A DNA stretch of 64,000 bases from an uncultured Pseudomonadota bacterium (GTDB lineage Bacteria; Pseudomonadota; Alphaproteobacteria; Rs-D84; CACZYB01), in contig CACZYB010000001.1 of NCBI GenBank assembly GCA_902785275.1, positions 1 to 64,000 on the forward strand. Direction: 5' to 3'. The notes under the pieces are model-generated. The model had not been told where the DNA came from, searched no databases, and saw only the letters and a list, made by a program, of their open reading frames with translations. Made by a program: the position numbers and the translations under genes. The first letter of the stretch is position 1; each line of letters begins with the position of its first letter. Shown here in pieces: positions 29,297-39,159 of this stretch.

Positions 29297-31930
29297 CTAT
29301 ATATTTTCAATTTCTTTTTTAATCATAACAGTAACTTTGTCAGCATTTGATGCATCAGTACCACCAGCCTGAGCCAAATCTGGACGTCCGCCACCACCAT
29401 GACCACCAAGCATTTCAGCAGATTTTTTAACTAAATCAACTGCAGAAATCTTAGTTGTTAAATCAGAACTTACTGCTGTTAATACAGAAACCTTTGCTCC
29501 TTCGGATGAAATAAGAAGGATAACTGTATTTTTTGCATCCTTTCTTAAATTATCAGTTGCTGGTTTCAATACCTTTGCAGAAATATTTTCATAAATTCCA
29601 TAAACAAAGTTAATACCATTTACATTTTCAGTTTTTACACCCTTTACAACAGTATCAATTTGTTTGTTTTGAAGTTCAATTTCTTGCTTTTTCTTTTCTT
29701 CGAATTCACGGGCAAGTTTATCTTGTTCAACCATTTTTTCTTGGCGTAATTTTTCTTGAAGTTCAACAATCAAAACTTCTGGAGACTTTGTTGTATCAAG
29801 GCCATATTTTTTTGCCATTTCAAATGCATCATTCAAAGAAATAGCTTCAATACGACGAACACCTGATGCAACAGATTCTTCTTTTAATATTTTAAAGAAA
29901 CCAATTTCAGATGTGTTATCACAGTGTGTACCACCGCAAAGTTCTATTGAAACGCCCCCCATATTTACAACACGAACAACATCACCATACTTTTCACCGA
30001 ACAAAGCCATCGCACCTGTTTTCTTTGCATCATCAATAGGCATTTCTTTTTTAGAAATTTCCATTTTATCAGCAATGTATTTGTTTACCAATTTTTCAAC
30101 AGATTGTATTTGTTCGAATGTCAAAGCTTTAGGATTTGCAAAATCGAATCTTAGTCCAGTTTTACCAACCCATGAACCTTTTTGTGCAACATTCTTTCCA
30201 ACAATTTCTTGCAATGCTTTTTGAAGAAGATGAGTTGCAGAATGGTTTGCCATAATGCATTTTCTTGTATCCTTATCAACTTGCATTTCAATTTCATCAC
30301 CAACAGAAATTGTATCACCAATATTCAAATCTATTTTGTGGAAATATACATTATCAACAGCTTTTTTAACATCAGAAACATTATATTTTTTGCCATCCTT
30401 TACAATGATACCAGTATCAGAAATTTGACCACCACATTCAGCATAGAATGGAGTTTTATCAACGATAACAAAAATTTCATCACCATCTGCCATTGTTGAA
30501 CTTTCTTCAATAGCACCATTTTTAACAACAGCTTTTACAACTGATTTTGATGATAAATCTGTGTATCCAACAAATTCAGATGTGCCAACTTTTGATTTAA
30601 CATCATACCAAACTTTTTGATTACCAGCTTCACCTTTAAAGTTAGAAGCTTTCTTTGATTTATTTCTTTGTTCAGTCATAGCTTTATCAAAGCCTTCTGT
30701 ATCAACAGACATATTTCTGTTTCTTAAGATATCAGCAGTCAAATCTAATGGGAAACCATAAGTATCGTAAAGTTTAAATGCACTTTCACCACTTAGGACT
30801 TTACCACTTGTCTTTGCAATTTCAGCATCCAAAATTTTAAGTCCAGCATCAAGTGTTTGACCAAAATTTTCTTCTTCTGTTTTAATTGTTTGTTTGATTA
30901 AAGCTTCTGCTTCAATAAGTTCAGGATAGGTATCAGCCATTTGATCCTTAACATTTTCAAATATCTTATAGAAAGCAGGTTCCTTTACACCAAGCATATT
31001 TATATGACGAAGGGCACGACGCATAATTCTGCGAAGCACATAACCACGACCTTCGTTTGATGGTAAAACGCCATCTGCAATCAAGAATGATGTCGCACGG
31101 ATATGATCGGCAATAACCTTAAATGAAGCAGTATTTTCAGGAGTTCTTTTTACACCCAAAACTTCTTCTTCGTAATGCATAAGATTTTGGAACAAATCGA
31201 TTTTAAAGTTATCATCAACACCTTGCAAAACAGAAGCAATTCGCTCTAATCCCATACCGGTATCGATGTTTTTATTTTTAAGTTCAACTTTTTCACCACT
31301 TGGAAGTGTTTCATATTGCATAAACACATTGTTCCAAATTTCGATATATCTATCACCATCTTCATCAGGAGTTCCAGGAAGTCCACCAGCAACTTCTGGA
31401 CCTTTATCATAGAACATTTCTGTATCGAAACCACATGGACCGACATCACCCATTGCCCAAATGTTATCTTTTATATCAATAACTCTTGAATCAGAAACAT
31501 TTGCAATTTTTTTCCAAAGTTCACGAGCTTCGGTATCTTCTGGATAAACAGTAAAATAAAGTCTATCTTTATCAAGCTTTAAAACCTTTGATAAAAATTC
31601 CCAAGCATAAGTGATTGCTTGTTCCTTGAAATAATCACCGAATGAGAAGTTACCCAACATTTCAAAAAATGTATGGTGACGAGTTGTGTAACCAACATTA
31701 TCCAAATCGTTATGTTTACCACCAGCACGAACACATTTTTGTGCAGTTGTTGCTCTTGTGTATTCACGTTTTTCTTTACCTGTAAACACATCCTTAAATT
31801 GGTTCATACCAGCATTAGTAAAAAGCAAGGTTGGGTCGTTTTGTGGCACCAAAGAACTTGATTTTACAAGAGTATGTCCTCTTTGTTCAAAAAATTCAGT
31901 ATATGTTTTTCTTATATCATTAAGTTTCAT
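29297..31930 (-). CDS. alaS: Alanine--tRNA ligase
   Basis: DPTLLFTNAGMNQFK, HHTFFEMLGNFSFGDYFK, NHSATHLL, ELCGGTH, GGGGRPDLAQAGG. Confidence 0.98.
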   Translation of the reverse strand: MKLNDIRKTYTEFFEQRGHTLVKSSSLVPQNDPTLLFTNAGMNQFKDVFTGKEKREYTRATTAQKCVRAGGKHNDLDNVGYTTRHHTFFEMLGNFSFGDYFKEQAITYAWEFLSKVLKLDKDRLYFTVYPEDTEARELWKKIANVSDSRVIDIKDNIWAMGDVGPCGFDTEMFYDKGPEVAGGLPGTPDEDGDRYIEIWNNVFMQYETLPSGEKVELKNKNIDTGMGLERIASVLQGVDDNFKIDLFQNLMHYEEEVLGVKRTPENTASFKVIADHIRATSFLIADGVLPSNEGRGYVLRRIMRRALRHINMLGVKEPAFYKIFENVKDQMADTYPELIEAEALIKQTIKTEEENFGQTLDAGLKILDAEIAKTSGKVLSGESAFKLYDTYGFPLDLTADILRNRNMSVDTEGFDKAMTEQRNKSKKASNFKGEAGNQKVWYDVKSKVGTSEFVGYTDLSSKSVVKAVVKNGAIEESSTMADGDEIFVIVDKTPFYAECGGQISDTGIIVKDGKKYNVSDVKKAVDNVYFHKIDLNIGDTISVGDEIEMQVDKDTRKCIMANHSATHLLQKALQEIVGKNVAQKGSWVGKTGLRFDFANPKALTFEQIQSVEKLVNKYIADKMEISKKEMPIDDAKKTGAMALFGEKYGDVVRVVNMGGVSIELCGGTHCDNTSEIGFFKILKEESVASGVRRIEAISLNDAFEMAKKYGLDTTKSPEVLIVELQEKLRQEKMVEQDKLAREFEEKKKQEIELQNKQIDTVVKGVKTENVNGINFVYGIYENISAKVLKPATDNLRKDAKNTVILLISSEGAKVSVLTAVSSDLTTKISAVDLVKKSAEMLGGHGGGGRPDLAQAGGTDASNADKVTVMIKKEIENI

Positions 31931-32120
31931 TTTTTCTACCTTATTTTATTCTTTATTTAATTTTTTTATAATATTTGCGTATTATAAGACTTTTTCGCCC
32001 TCTTTTTCAATAGAAAATTCATAAAAAAAATAAAAATAATACAATTTTTAAATTACATCTTGAAAAGGTCTTAAAAAAAGTGTAGAATTAAAGTAATTGA
32101 GGGTTTTAAAGGAGATTTCT

Positions 32121-33590
32121 ATGAAGATATCATATAAAGCTTTGGTATTGGCATTAATTCCATTTACTTTTTCATCGATTGTTGCTTTTTCTGATGATGG
32201 CACATCGGACCAGTTGGTTACTGAAAGAAAGGCTTCATCAAGAACTTCTTCTGCTTCTTCTGTATCAACAGACAGAAGATCATCTTCATCTTCTTCAAAA
32301 AGAAAATCTTCAAAACGAAGTGTTTCTTCTACATCAACATCATCTTCATCGAACCAATATTCTCAAGATGATTGCGCAACAAAGTATATGCTTGGATTAG
32401 ATAGAGAATGTTATAACACAAACAGAGTTCAAGATGGTGGTGTATATGCAGATTGTAGTGATAAAACTATGGCTGATTTCTATGATATCATGGATATGCA
32501 ACTTTCATACATAGTTGGTACAGATAATTTTTCAACATACAAATCAAAATGTGATGCATATAAGGGATACGCTCTTGATAAATGGCTTGCATCAAAGGGT
32601 GTTGTGGAAACATCCGCTGTTAAAGGGTCAAGCGAATGTGTTCTTGCCTCCAAAAAGTTGACTGCCGCAAAGAAGTGTTATGCTGTTGCTATTGCACATG
32701 ATGGAAACTTCTTTGAATTTGATGAATTGATGATGAAGTCATGTGGTGAAATTCCAGAAGTTGCAAACAAATTCTCCAGTGCCGGAGATTCTGGACTTTC
32801 AAATATTCCTCAAACACTTGAAAACTATTCAACTCTTCAATTTACAAATAAATCAGAAAATTGGAGAGGCGCTGTTGAAGCGGTACTTGCAGGATATCTT
32901 TATGATGCAAGACAGGCTTGCGGTGAAGAAAATTATGAACTTTTGGAACTTAACCAATTTACCGAAGATAAACGTGGAAACATTTTATCTCAGGCTAAAG
33001 AAAGTTTTGTTACTGGTATTGCATCAAATCTTGGTCGTCGTGCCGGCAATTTTGTAAAAACTGGTTCTGCAACAGTTGCTGTTTCAAAGAATGGTGTTGC
33101 TTTGGTTCCTGCTAAATCATTAAAGTTCTATAAACAAATGGATGCAACAAATCCAAACACAATATCAAAGAACATCAGTAATTTGGTAAGAATGCAAAAG
33201 TATGGTGACACAACACCACAAATAAAAGATGTAAACAATATTTCAAATGTTTATGTAATTGAAGATGTTTCAAGCATAAATAAGGCCAGAGCAAGACTTC
33301 TTAACATAATTGCAACTGGAGATATTGGTTCATCAGAAAATCACGATGATATCGATTATGCAGTTATTTCCGGTCTTGGCGGTCGTGCAAATAATTTGGA
33401 TACCGGGGTTTATGAAGTTATAAGCAATATTGAAGAAGGTGATACTTTTGTTATAAAAGATACTTCTGATAATTGCCAGATTTTAACACTTGATTCCGAT
33501 GGTAATTTTGAAAAACTTTCACGCCGTGAAATTCAAAGAAATAAATCGTTAATAACTTACACATCTGGCTGTAAAAAGGTTACTGAATAA
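32121..33590 (+). CDS. Hypothetical secreted protein with a Ser-rich linker and multiple cysteines
   Basis: AAGGAG SD before ATG 32121, signal peptide, poly-Ser/Arg stretch, about ten spaced Cys. Its stop overlaps the prfB start (TAATG). Confidence 0.75.
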   Translation: MKISYKALVLALIPFTFSSIVAFSDDGTSDQLVTERKASSRTSSASSVSTDRRSSSSSSKRKSSKRSVSSTSTSSSSNQYSQDDCATKYMLGLDRECYNTNRVQDGGVYADCSDKTMADFYDIMDMQLSYIVGTDNFSTYKSKCDAYKGYALDKWLASKGVVETSAVKGSSECVLASKKLTAAKKCYAVAIAHDGNFFEFDELMMKSCGEIPEVANKFSSAGDSGLSNIPQTLENYSTLQFTNKSENWRGAVEAVLAGYLYDARQACGEENYELLELNQFTEDKRGNILSQAKESFVTGIASNLGRRAGNFVKTGSATVAVSKNGVALVPAKSLKFYKQMDATNPNTISKNISNLVRMQKYGDTTPQIKDVNNISNVYVIEDVSSINKARARLLNIIATGDIGSSENHDDIDYAVISGLGGRANNLDTGVYEVISNIEEGDTFVIKDTSDNCQILTLDSDGNFEKLSRREIQRNKSLITYTSGCKKVTE

Positions 33591-34679
33591 TGGTTGATTT
33601 TGAAAAAATTGAAAATCTACTTTCTGAAATAAGGGGGTGTCTTTGACATCTCCTCTTTATCAGCAGAACTTGAAACTTTAAATCAAAAAGCATCTAATTC
33701 AAATTTGTGGGATGACCCTGAAAATGCACAAAGGGTTATGTCACAAAAAGCAGAAGTAGAACGAAAAATAAATCTTTATGAAAACAGAAAATCAGAGTTT
33801 TCAAACCTTAAGGAATTATTGGAACTTGCAAAAGAAGAAGGCGATGCAGATTTAGTTTCCGATACCGAAAATCAGATTGAAAAATTTGTTACAGATTTGG
33901 AAAAAGAAAAGCTTAACCTTATGCTTAATAATGAAGCAGACAATCTTCCTTCATATCTTGAAATTCACAGCGGCGCTGGTGGAACAGAGGCGTGCGATTG
34001 GGCACAAATGCTTCTTCGTATGTATATTCGTTGGGGTGAACGCCATGGATATAAGGTTGATTTGATTGAAGAACATGCCGGTGATGAAGCAGGCATAAAA
34101 TCTGCGACTTTAAGGATTACCGGTATAAATGTTTATGGCTGGCTTAAAGGTGAAAGTGGTATCCACCGATTGGTTCGAATTTCCCCATTTGATAGTAATG
34201 CACGCAGACATACAAGCTTTGCTTCTGTTTGGGTATATCCTGTTGTTGATGATAAAATCGAAATTCATATTGATGAAAAAGATTTAAGGATTGATACTTA
34301 TCGTTCAAGTGGTGCTGGTGGTCAACACGTTAATAAAACTGACAGTGCGGTTCGTATTACACACATTCCTACAGGCATTGTTGTTCAATGTCAAAACGAA
34401 AGATCTCAGTTCAAAAACAAAGATATGGCGATGAGTATGCTTCGTTCCAGACTTTATAACCTTGAACTTGAAAAACGAGCCGAAGAAGAAGCAAAAATCA
34501 ATGCATCAAAATCTGAAATTGGATGGGGTGCACAAATTCGTTCATACGTCCTTCAACCATACCAAATGATAAAAGATTTGCGCACAAATTATGAAACATC
34601 AAATATCACCGCAACATTAGATGGCGATATTGATGAATTTTTATCTGCAACATTGCTTTACAATAATATGAAAAAGTAA
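33590..34679 (+). CDS. prfB: Peptide chain release factor 2 with programmed +1 frameshift
   Basis: ORF1 33590-33646 is MVDFEKIENLLSEIRGCL*, ending AGGGGG-TGT-CTT-TGA-C. The +1 frame from 33645 joins the RF2 body with SPF and GGQ motifs. Confidence 0.97.
33632..33647 (+). promoter_or_regulatory. prfB frameshift site (internal SD plus CTT TGA C)
   Basis: AGGGGGTGTCTTTGAC. Confidence 0.95.
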
Positions 34680-34690
34680 TTTCCTAGATA

Positions 34691-35107
34691 TTAATATTTT
34701 ATCTTAACTGTCGCAACAGCCTTATATCCAAAATAAGTATTTACTCTATCAATGACTGTTGGAAATTGATACTGAATTATCGATGAAAAAGATGCATTTT
34801 TTATTTTAACATAAAGTGTACCATTTTGCCTTTGCCCCATTGGAAACGAAAGCTTTACCGGCAAAATCTTGCTGGCCAAATCAGGACCAGCAATCTTTTC
34901 CCAATCAGTTAAAATATCAGAATTGATAAAACCATATTTCTTACCGAACCCCTTTATCACATTCATAAGTGAGTTGCCAATTTCATTTGGCCCGTACGGA
35001 AAACGCACAGATTTAGGAGCAATTGGCTTTTCCAAAAAATCTTCTGACATTTCATCAATGCCAAAATTTTGTTTCGCCAAAAGTTCTTTATCACTATTTC
35101 TTTGCAT
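34691..35107 (-). CDS. dciA: DciA/DUF721 family protein
   Basis: GF...DILTDWEKIAG.DLA....P.KL.F......GTL.V......IIQY....IDRVNTYFGY.AV..VKI. Confidence 0.85.
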   Translation of the reverse strand: MQRNSDKELLAKQNFGIDEMSEDFLEKPIAPKSVRFPYGPNEIGNSLMNVIKGFGKKYGFINSDILTDWEKIAGPDLASKILPVKLSFPMGQRQNGTLYVKIKNASFSSIIQYQFPTVIDRVNTYFGYKAVATVKIKY

Positions 35108-36779
35108 TATATTTTTCGTTTAGTTCAGTAACTTTTTCAGGTGTTATTTTTGTAAATACACTTGCAGGAACTTCGAAATTGTGTCCTTTTACAATAGTAT
35201 TCATTTCTGCTTCTACATCATTTATCCAATCGCCAGAAGTATTAAGTGATGATAAAATCTTTTCCACAGTTTCCGGAATAACAGGTCTTGCAAGGATAAG
35301 GAAAATTCTCATTAAATTCATTGCAAATGCCAAAATTTCACCTGATTTTTCTGTATCAGTTTTAAATACTGTCCATGGTGCCATTTCATCAATATAGGTA
35401 TTTCCCAAAACCCAAATTGCACGAAGTTCAGCCATTGCCTTTCTAAACTCCATTTCAGAAAGATATTTTGTGTATGAGGAAATCTTTGAAGAAAGTTCTG
35501 CTTTCAAAGCTTGTTCCTTTTCACCATTTGCAGGATTATGCTGTAAAGTTGTTCCAATTTTTGAAGAATAGAATTTCAAAACACGAAGAACAAAATTACC
35601 CAAAACATCATTCAAATCTTTGTTAATTTCTTCGGCAAATCTTTCAAATGTAAAATCGGTATCATCAGTTTCCGGAGCATTTTTGATAAGCCAATATCTC
35701 CAGTAATCTGCTGGGAATTCGGCGATTGCACTGTCTGCAAAAATACCACGATTTGCGGATTTAGAAAACTTTCCTCCGTTGAAATTAAGGTAACTTAATC
35801 CCTTTAAAATATCCACTTTTTTATAGTCTGAATTTGCACCAATAAGTGTTGCAGGAAACATAATAGAGTGGAATGGTACATTATCCTTTCCCATAAACTC
35901 AACATATTTTTCATCCTTTGCACCGCATGATTCAAGCCACCAATTTTTATATCCATCACCAAGAAGTTCTTTTGTAATTGAGATATAACCAATCGGTGCA
36001 TCAAACCAAACATAAAAAACTTTATCCTTCATATCAGGAAATGTATCCAAAGGTACAGGAATACCCCACTTTAAATCACGAGTAATACATCTATCACTTA
36101 AACCTTCATCAAGCCATTTATTCGCAATTCCAACAGTAAGCTTGTTCCAATTTCTTGTATTAACCCACTCACGAACTTTATCACTTAATTTTGAAAGTTT
36201 AAGGTAAAGGTGTTTTGTCTTTCTTACTTCAAGATTTGTACTTCCACTTACAGCAGAATGTGCATCAATCAAATCCTTTGGATCCAAAACTTTGGTACAG
36301 CTTTCACATTGGTCGCCACGTGCATTTGTCGCACCACAATATGGGCAAGTACCAACAATATATCTATCTGGCAAGAACATATCATCATCAATAGAAAATA
36401 CTTGTTCAACTTCTCGTTCTTCGATATATCCATTTTGTGCAAGTTCACGTGCAATCTGTTGTGAAAGTTCTGTATTTTCGTTTGAAGAAGTTCTTCCAAA
36501 ATAATCGAATGAAAGATTAAATTTTTTGTAAATATCTTTGTGAAGATTATGATATTTTGTTGTATACTCCAAAACATCGATACCTTCCTTTTTAGCACCA
36601 AGTTCGGATGGAGTACCGTGTTCATCGGTTCCTCCAATATACAATGTTTCGTTACCAATTAAACGATTGAAACGTGCATAAACATCACTTGGAAGAAGAC
36701 ATCCAGCCAAATGTCCCAAATGTGGAAGTCCATTAACATAAGGAAGTGCACAAGTAATAAGAATTTTCTCTTTTTTCAT
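35094..36779 (-). CDS. metG: Methionine--tRNA ligase
   Basis: ALPYVNG.PHLGH, GTDEHG, CPYC...RGDQCESC, YVWFDAPIGY, GKDNVPFH, KFSKS. Confidence 0.97.
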   Translation of the reverse strand: MKKEKILITCALPYVNGLPHLGHLAGCLLPSDVYARFNRLIGNETLYIGGTDEHGTPSELGAKKEGIDVLEYTTKYHNLHKDIYKKFNLSFDYFGRTSSNENTELSQQIARELAQNGYIEEREVEQVFSIDDDMFLPDRYIVGTCPYCGATNARGDQCESCTKVLDPKDLIDAHSAVSGSTNLEVRKTKHLYLKLSKLSDKVREWVNTRNWNKLTVGIANKWLDEGLSDRCITRDLKWGIPVPLDTFPDMKDKVFYVWFDAPIGYISITKELLGDGYKNWWLESCGAKDEKYVEFMGKDNVPFHSIMFPATLIGANSDYKKVDILKGLSYLNFNGGKFSKSANRGIFADSAIAEFPADYWRYWLIKNAPETDDTDFTFERFAEEINKDLNDVLGNFVLRVLKFYSSKIGTTLQHNPANGEKEQALKAELSSKISSYTKYLSEMEFRKAMAELRAIWVLGNTYIDEMAPWTVFKTDTEKSGEILAFAMNLMRIFLILARPVIPETVEKILSSLNTSGDWINDVEAEMNTIVKGHNFEVPASVFTKITPEKVTELNEKYNAKK

Positions 36780-36850
36780 TTTTAATCCTGTTGTAAAATT
36801 ATTATTAAGGGTATTTTATAAAATTTGAAGAAATAATGCAAGAAAGATTT

Positions 36851-36877
36851 AAAAAAGCCTCTAAAAAAGAGGCTTTT
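36851..36877 (-). terminator. Terminator downstream of the bor-like gene
   Basis: AAAAGCCTCT-AAAAA-AGAGGCTTTT. Confidence 0.75.
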
Positions 36878-36883
36878 ATTTAA

Positions 36884-37177
36884 CTATTTATTTTTACACC
36901 AAACTTTATATGTTTTAGGCGACCATATACCATAAGTAAATAAACTTAAAATTCCATCTGTAAAACTATAACTTGTTTCAATAGTTTCAACATCTGCAAC
37001 CGAACCACAAATTTCTTTTACATTAATATTATCTGTTTGACCAATACCAGCAACAAAAAAATTACTCTTTGTTTCATAAGGATATGTAACAGGTTGTTTA
37101 TCAGAAAAATTAAATCTTTGATGAGAACAGGCTGTTAAAGATAATAGTGATAAAAAAACGAATAAGTATCTTTTCAT
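36884..37177 (-). CDS. Bor/Iss family lipoprotein
   Basis: LTAC lipobox, Q.F, FFVAGIGQT..I....ICG, ET..SF..G.L...T.GIW.P....V.C. Confidence 0.88.
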   Translation of the reverse strand: MKRYLFVFLSLLSLTACSHQRFNFSDKQPVTYPYETKSNFFVAGIGQTDNINVKEICGSVADVETIETSYSFTDGILSLFTYGIWSPKTYKVWCKNK

Positions 37178-37242
37178 AATAAACCTCCACTTTGAATTAA
37201 TACCTATTTTATTATAACATTCTAATTTCCCATTTCAAGGAT

Positions 37243-38376
37243 TTATTTAATTATCTCTCTAATAACCGCATCCAAAACGCTTTTTCCCTTAACACTTGTC
37301 CTTATTGACAAGTTATTTAAAATCAAAAACTTTTTATCAACCATATTGTTTAATTTTTTACTATCAACTATATCGAAAAAGTTAATTGAGGAGTTTTGTT
37401 TAAATTCTGTAAAATTAATTCCTTTATTTTTTCTTAAACCCATTATAAGCATCTCTTCAGCACGCTTTTTTGCAGACAAAGTTTTTATTGAAAGGATGTT
37501 ATTTTCAATATTATTTTTCCATTCAGAAACGGTTTTGGGATTTTCAGAAATAAAATGTTTTTTGCCGTCAAAAATTCTACCCGAAGCACTTACCCCAATG
37601 CCAATATAATCGCCACCATTCCAATAATTTAGGTTATGTCTACTTTCAAAGTCTTTCTTTGCATAGTTTGAAATTTCATATTGTGGAAATTTCGGCTTCA
37701 AAATTTTATTTGTATATTCATACATTTTTTTTGAAAGACTTTCCGAAATAGGTGTTATTTTTCCACTTTTTAGAAAAGAATAAAACGGTGTTTTGGGTTC
37801 AAAAATAAGTTGGTAAAGCGATAAATGTTCAACATCAAGTAATAAAATTTTTTCCAAACTTTGTTGCCATTTTTCCATAGTTTGATTTGGCAAAGCATAA
37901 ATAAAATCACAACTGATATTTTTAAAATATTTTCTTGCCAATTCCAATGTATGAACAGCATCATTTGAGTTATGTACTCGTCCCAAAAATTTTAATTCAT
38001 CATCATCAAATGATTGAATTCCAAGGGAAAGCCTATTTATTCCGGATAATTGAAAATCACAAAGTTTTTTTTCATCCACTGTTTTTGGATTAACTTCTAA
38101 TGTAATTTCACAATCTTTTTCAATATGATATAAGGTATAAATTTTTTCCAAAATTTTTTCAACCATATCAACACTCATCAATGATGGCGTACCACCACCA
38201 AAATAAATTGATGAAATATTTTTTAATCCAAATTTTTGGTAATAAAGATCTAATTCTTTAAAATAGATCTGCGTTAAATCAGGCACACCTTTTCCACAAG
38301 GAAAACTTACAAAATCACAATAGTTGCATTTTTTAAGACAATAAGGAAAATGGATATAAATACTATTTTTCTTCAT
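37243..38376 (-). CDS. hemW: Radical SAM heme chaperone HemW
   Basis: YIHFPYCLKKCNYCDF, IYFGGGTPS, YEISNYA, HN.NYW. Downstream of rdgB; likely ATG 38376. Confidence 0.92.
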   Translation of the reverse strand: MKKNSIYIHFPYCLKKCNYCDFVSFPCGKGVPDLTQIYFKELDLYYQKFGLKNISSIYFGGGTPSLMSVDMVEKILEKIYTLYHIEKDCEITLEVNPKTVDEKKLCDFQLSGINRLSLGIQSFDDDELKFLGRVHNSNDAVHTLELARKYFKNISCDFIYALPNQTMEKWQQSLEKILLLDVEHLSLYQLIFEPKTPFYSFLKSGKITPISESLSKKMYEYTNKILKPKFPQYEISNYAKKDFESRHNLNYWNGGDYIGIGVSASGRIFDGKKHFISENPKTVSEWKNNIENNILSIKTLSAKKRAEEMLIMGLRKNKGINFTEFKQNSSINFFDIVDSKKLNNMVDKKFLILNNLSIRTSVKGKSVLDAVIREIIK

Positions 38377-39154
38377 TACTTTTGTTTGAAAAAGGAACTT
38401 CTGGAGCATCAAATTTTTTATCGACATCAATAGAAAAAGTATTTTCATCAACAACGATATTTTCTTCTTTTTTTGCTTCTACTGCCAAAGGAGCATCTTC
38501 AACTTTTGCTTCTATCTTGCTTGCCTTTGTTTTAAGAGGTTTTGCCGCAGCCTTTTTTTCAGCATCCTTTAAAAGATTTGTTACAAAATCCATAAATTTT
38601 GAAACAGCAGCACCTCTATGACTGATGGAATTTTTTTCATCATCTGTCATTTCAGCAAATGTTTTACCATAAGAATTTGGTACAAAAATTGAATCATAAC
38701 CAAAGCCATTTTCACCACGTGGTGGAAAAATAGTAAAACCATAACATACACCTTCAAATTGTACAGTTTTTTCACCCTTTCTTGCAAAGGCAATATTACA
38801 AACAAACTTTGCTTCACTGCATTTTCCATTAAGACGATTTTTTATATCTTCGAATGCATTTTCGTATCCACCAACTTCTTCGGCAAATCTTGCAGAACGA
38901 ATTCCAGGGAAAGAAGCCAATTCTTTAATGCAAAAACCACTGTCATCCGCAAATGTTGGAAGTCCAGTTTTTTCACAAATAGCTTCTGCTTTAAGCTTTG
39001 AATTTTCGGCAAAAGTTTTACCTGTCTCTTCAACTTCAAATTGACCTTTTATAACATCCTTATATGAAACAACCTTTACACCCAAAGGTTTTAACATTGT
39101 TTGGAATTCACGAATTTTATTTTCATTATTAGAAGCTATAATAAATTTTTGCAT
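38363..39154 (-). CDS. rdgB: dITP/XTP pyrophosphatase (HAM1) with a C-terminal low-complexity extension
   Basis: ASNN.NK..E, EETG.TFAENS.LKA, ADDSG, GFGYD.IF, KNSISHRG. Confidence 0.93.
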   Translation of the reverse strand: MQKFIIASNNENKIREFQTMLKPLGVKVVSYKDVIKGQFEVEETGKTFAENSKLKAEAICEKTGLPTFADDSGFCIKELASFPGIRSARFAEEVGGYENAFEDIKNRLNGKCSEAKFVCNIAFARKGEKTVQFEGVCYGFTIFPPRGENGFGYDSIFVPNSYGKTFAEMTDDEKNSISHRGAAVSKFMDFVTNLLKDAEKKAAAKPLKTKASKIEAKVEDAPLAVEAKKEENIVVDENTFSIDVDKKFDAPEVPFSNKSNEEK

Positions 39155-39159
39155 AGTAA

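Noticed and set aside
32230-32350. TCTTCA-type microsatellite
   Set aside because: Imperfect poly-Ser coding tract, not a clean phase-variable repeat.
33705-34679. prfB as an N-terminally truncated gene or pseudogene
   Set aside because: Explained by the canonical programmed +1 frameshift from ATG 33590.
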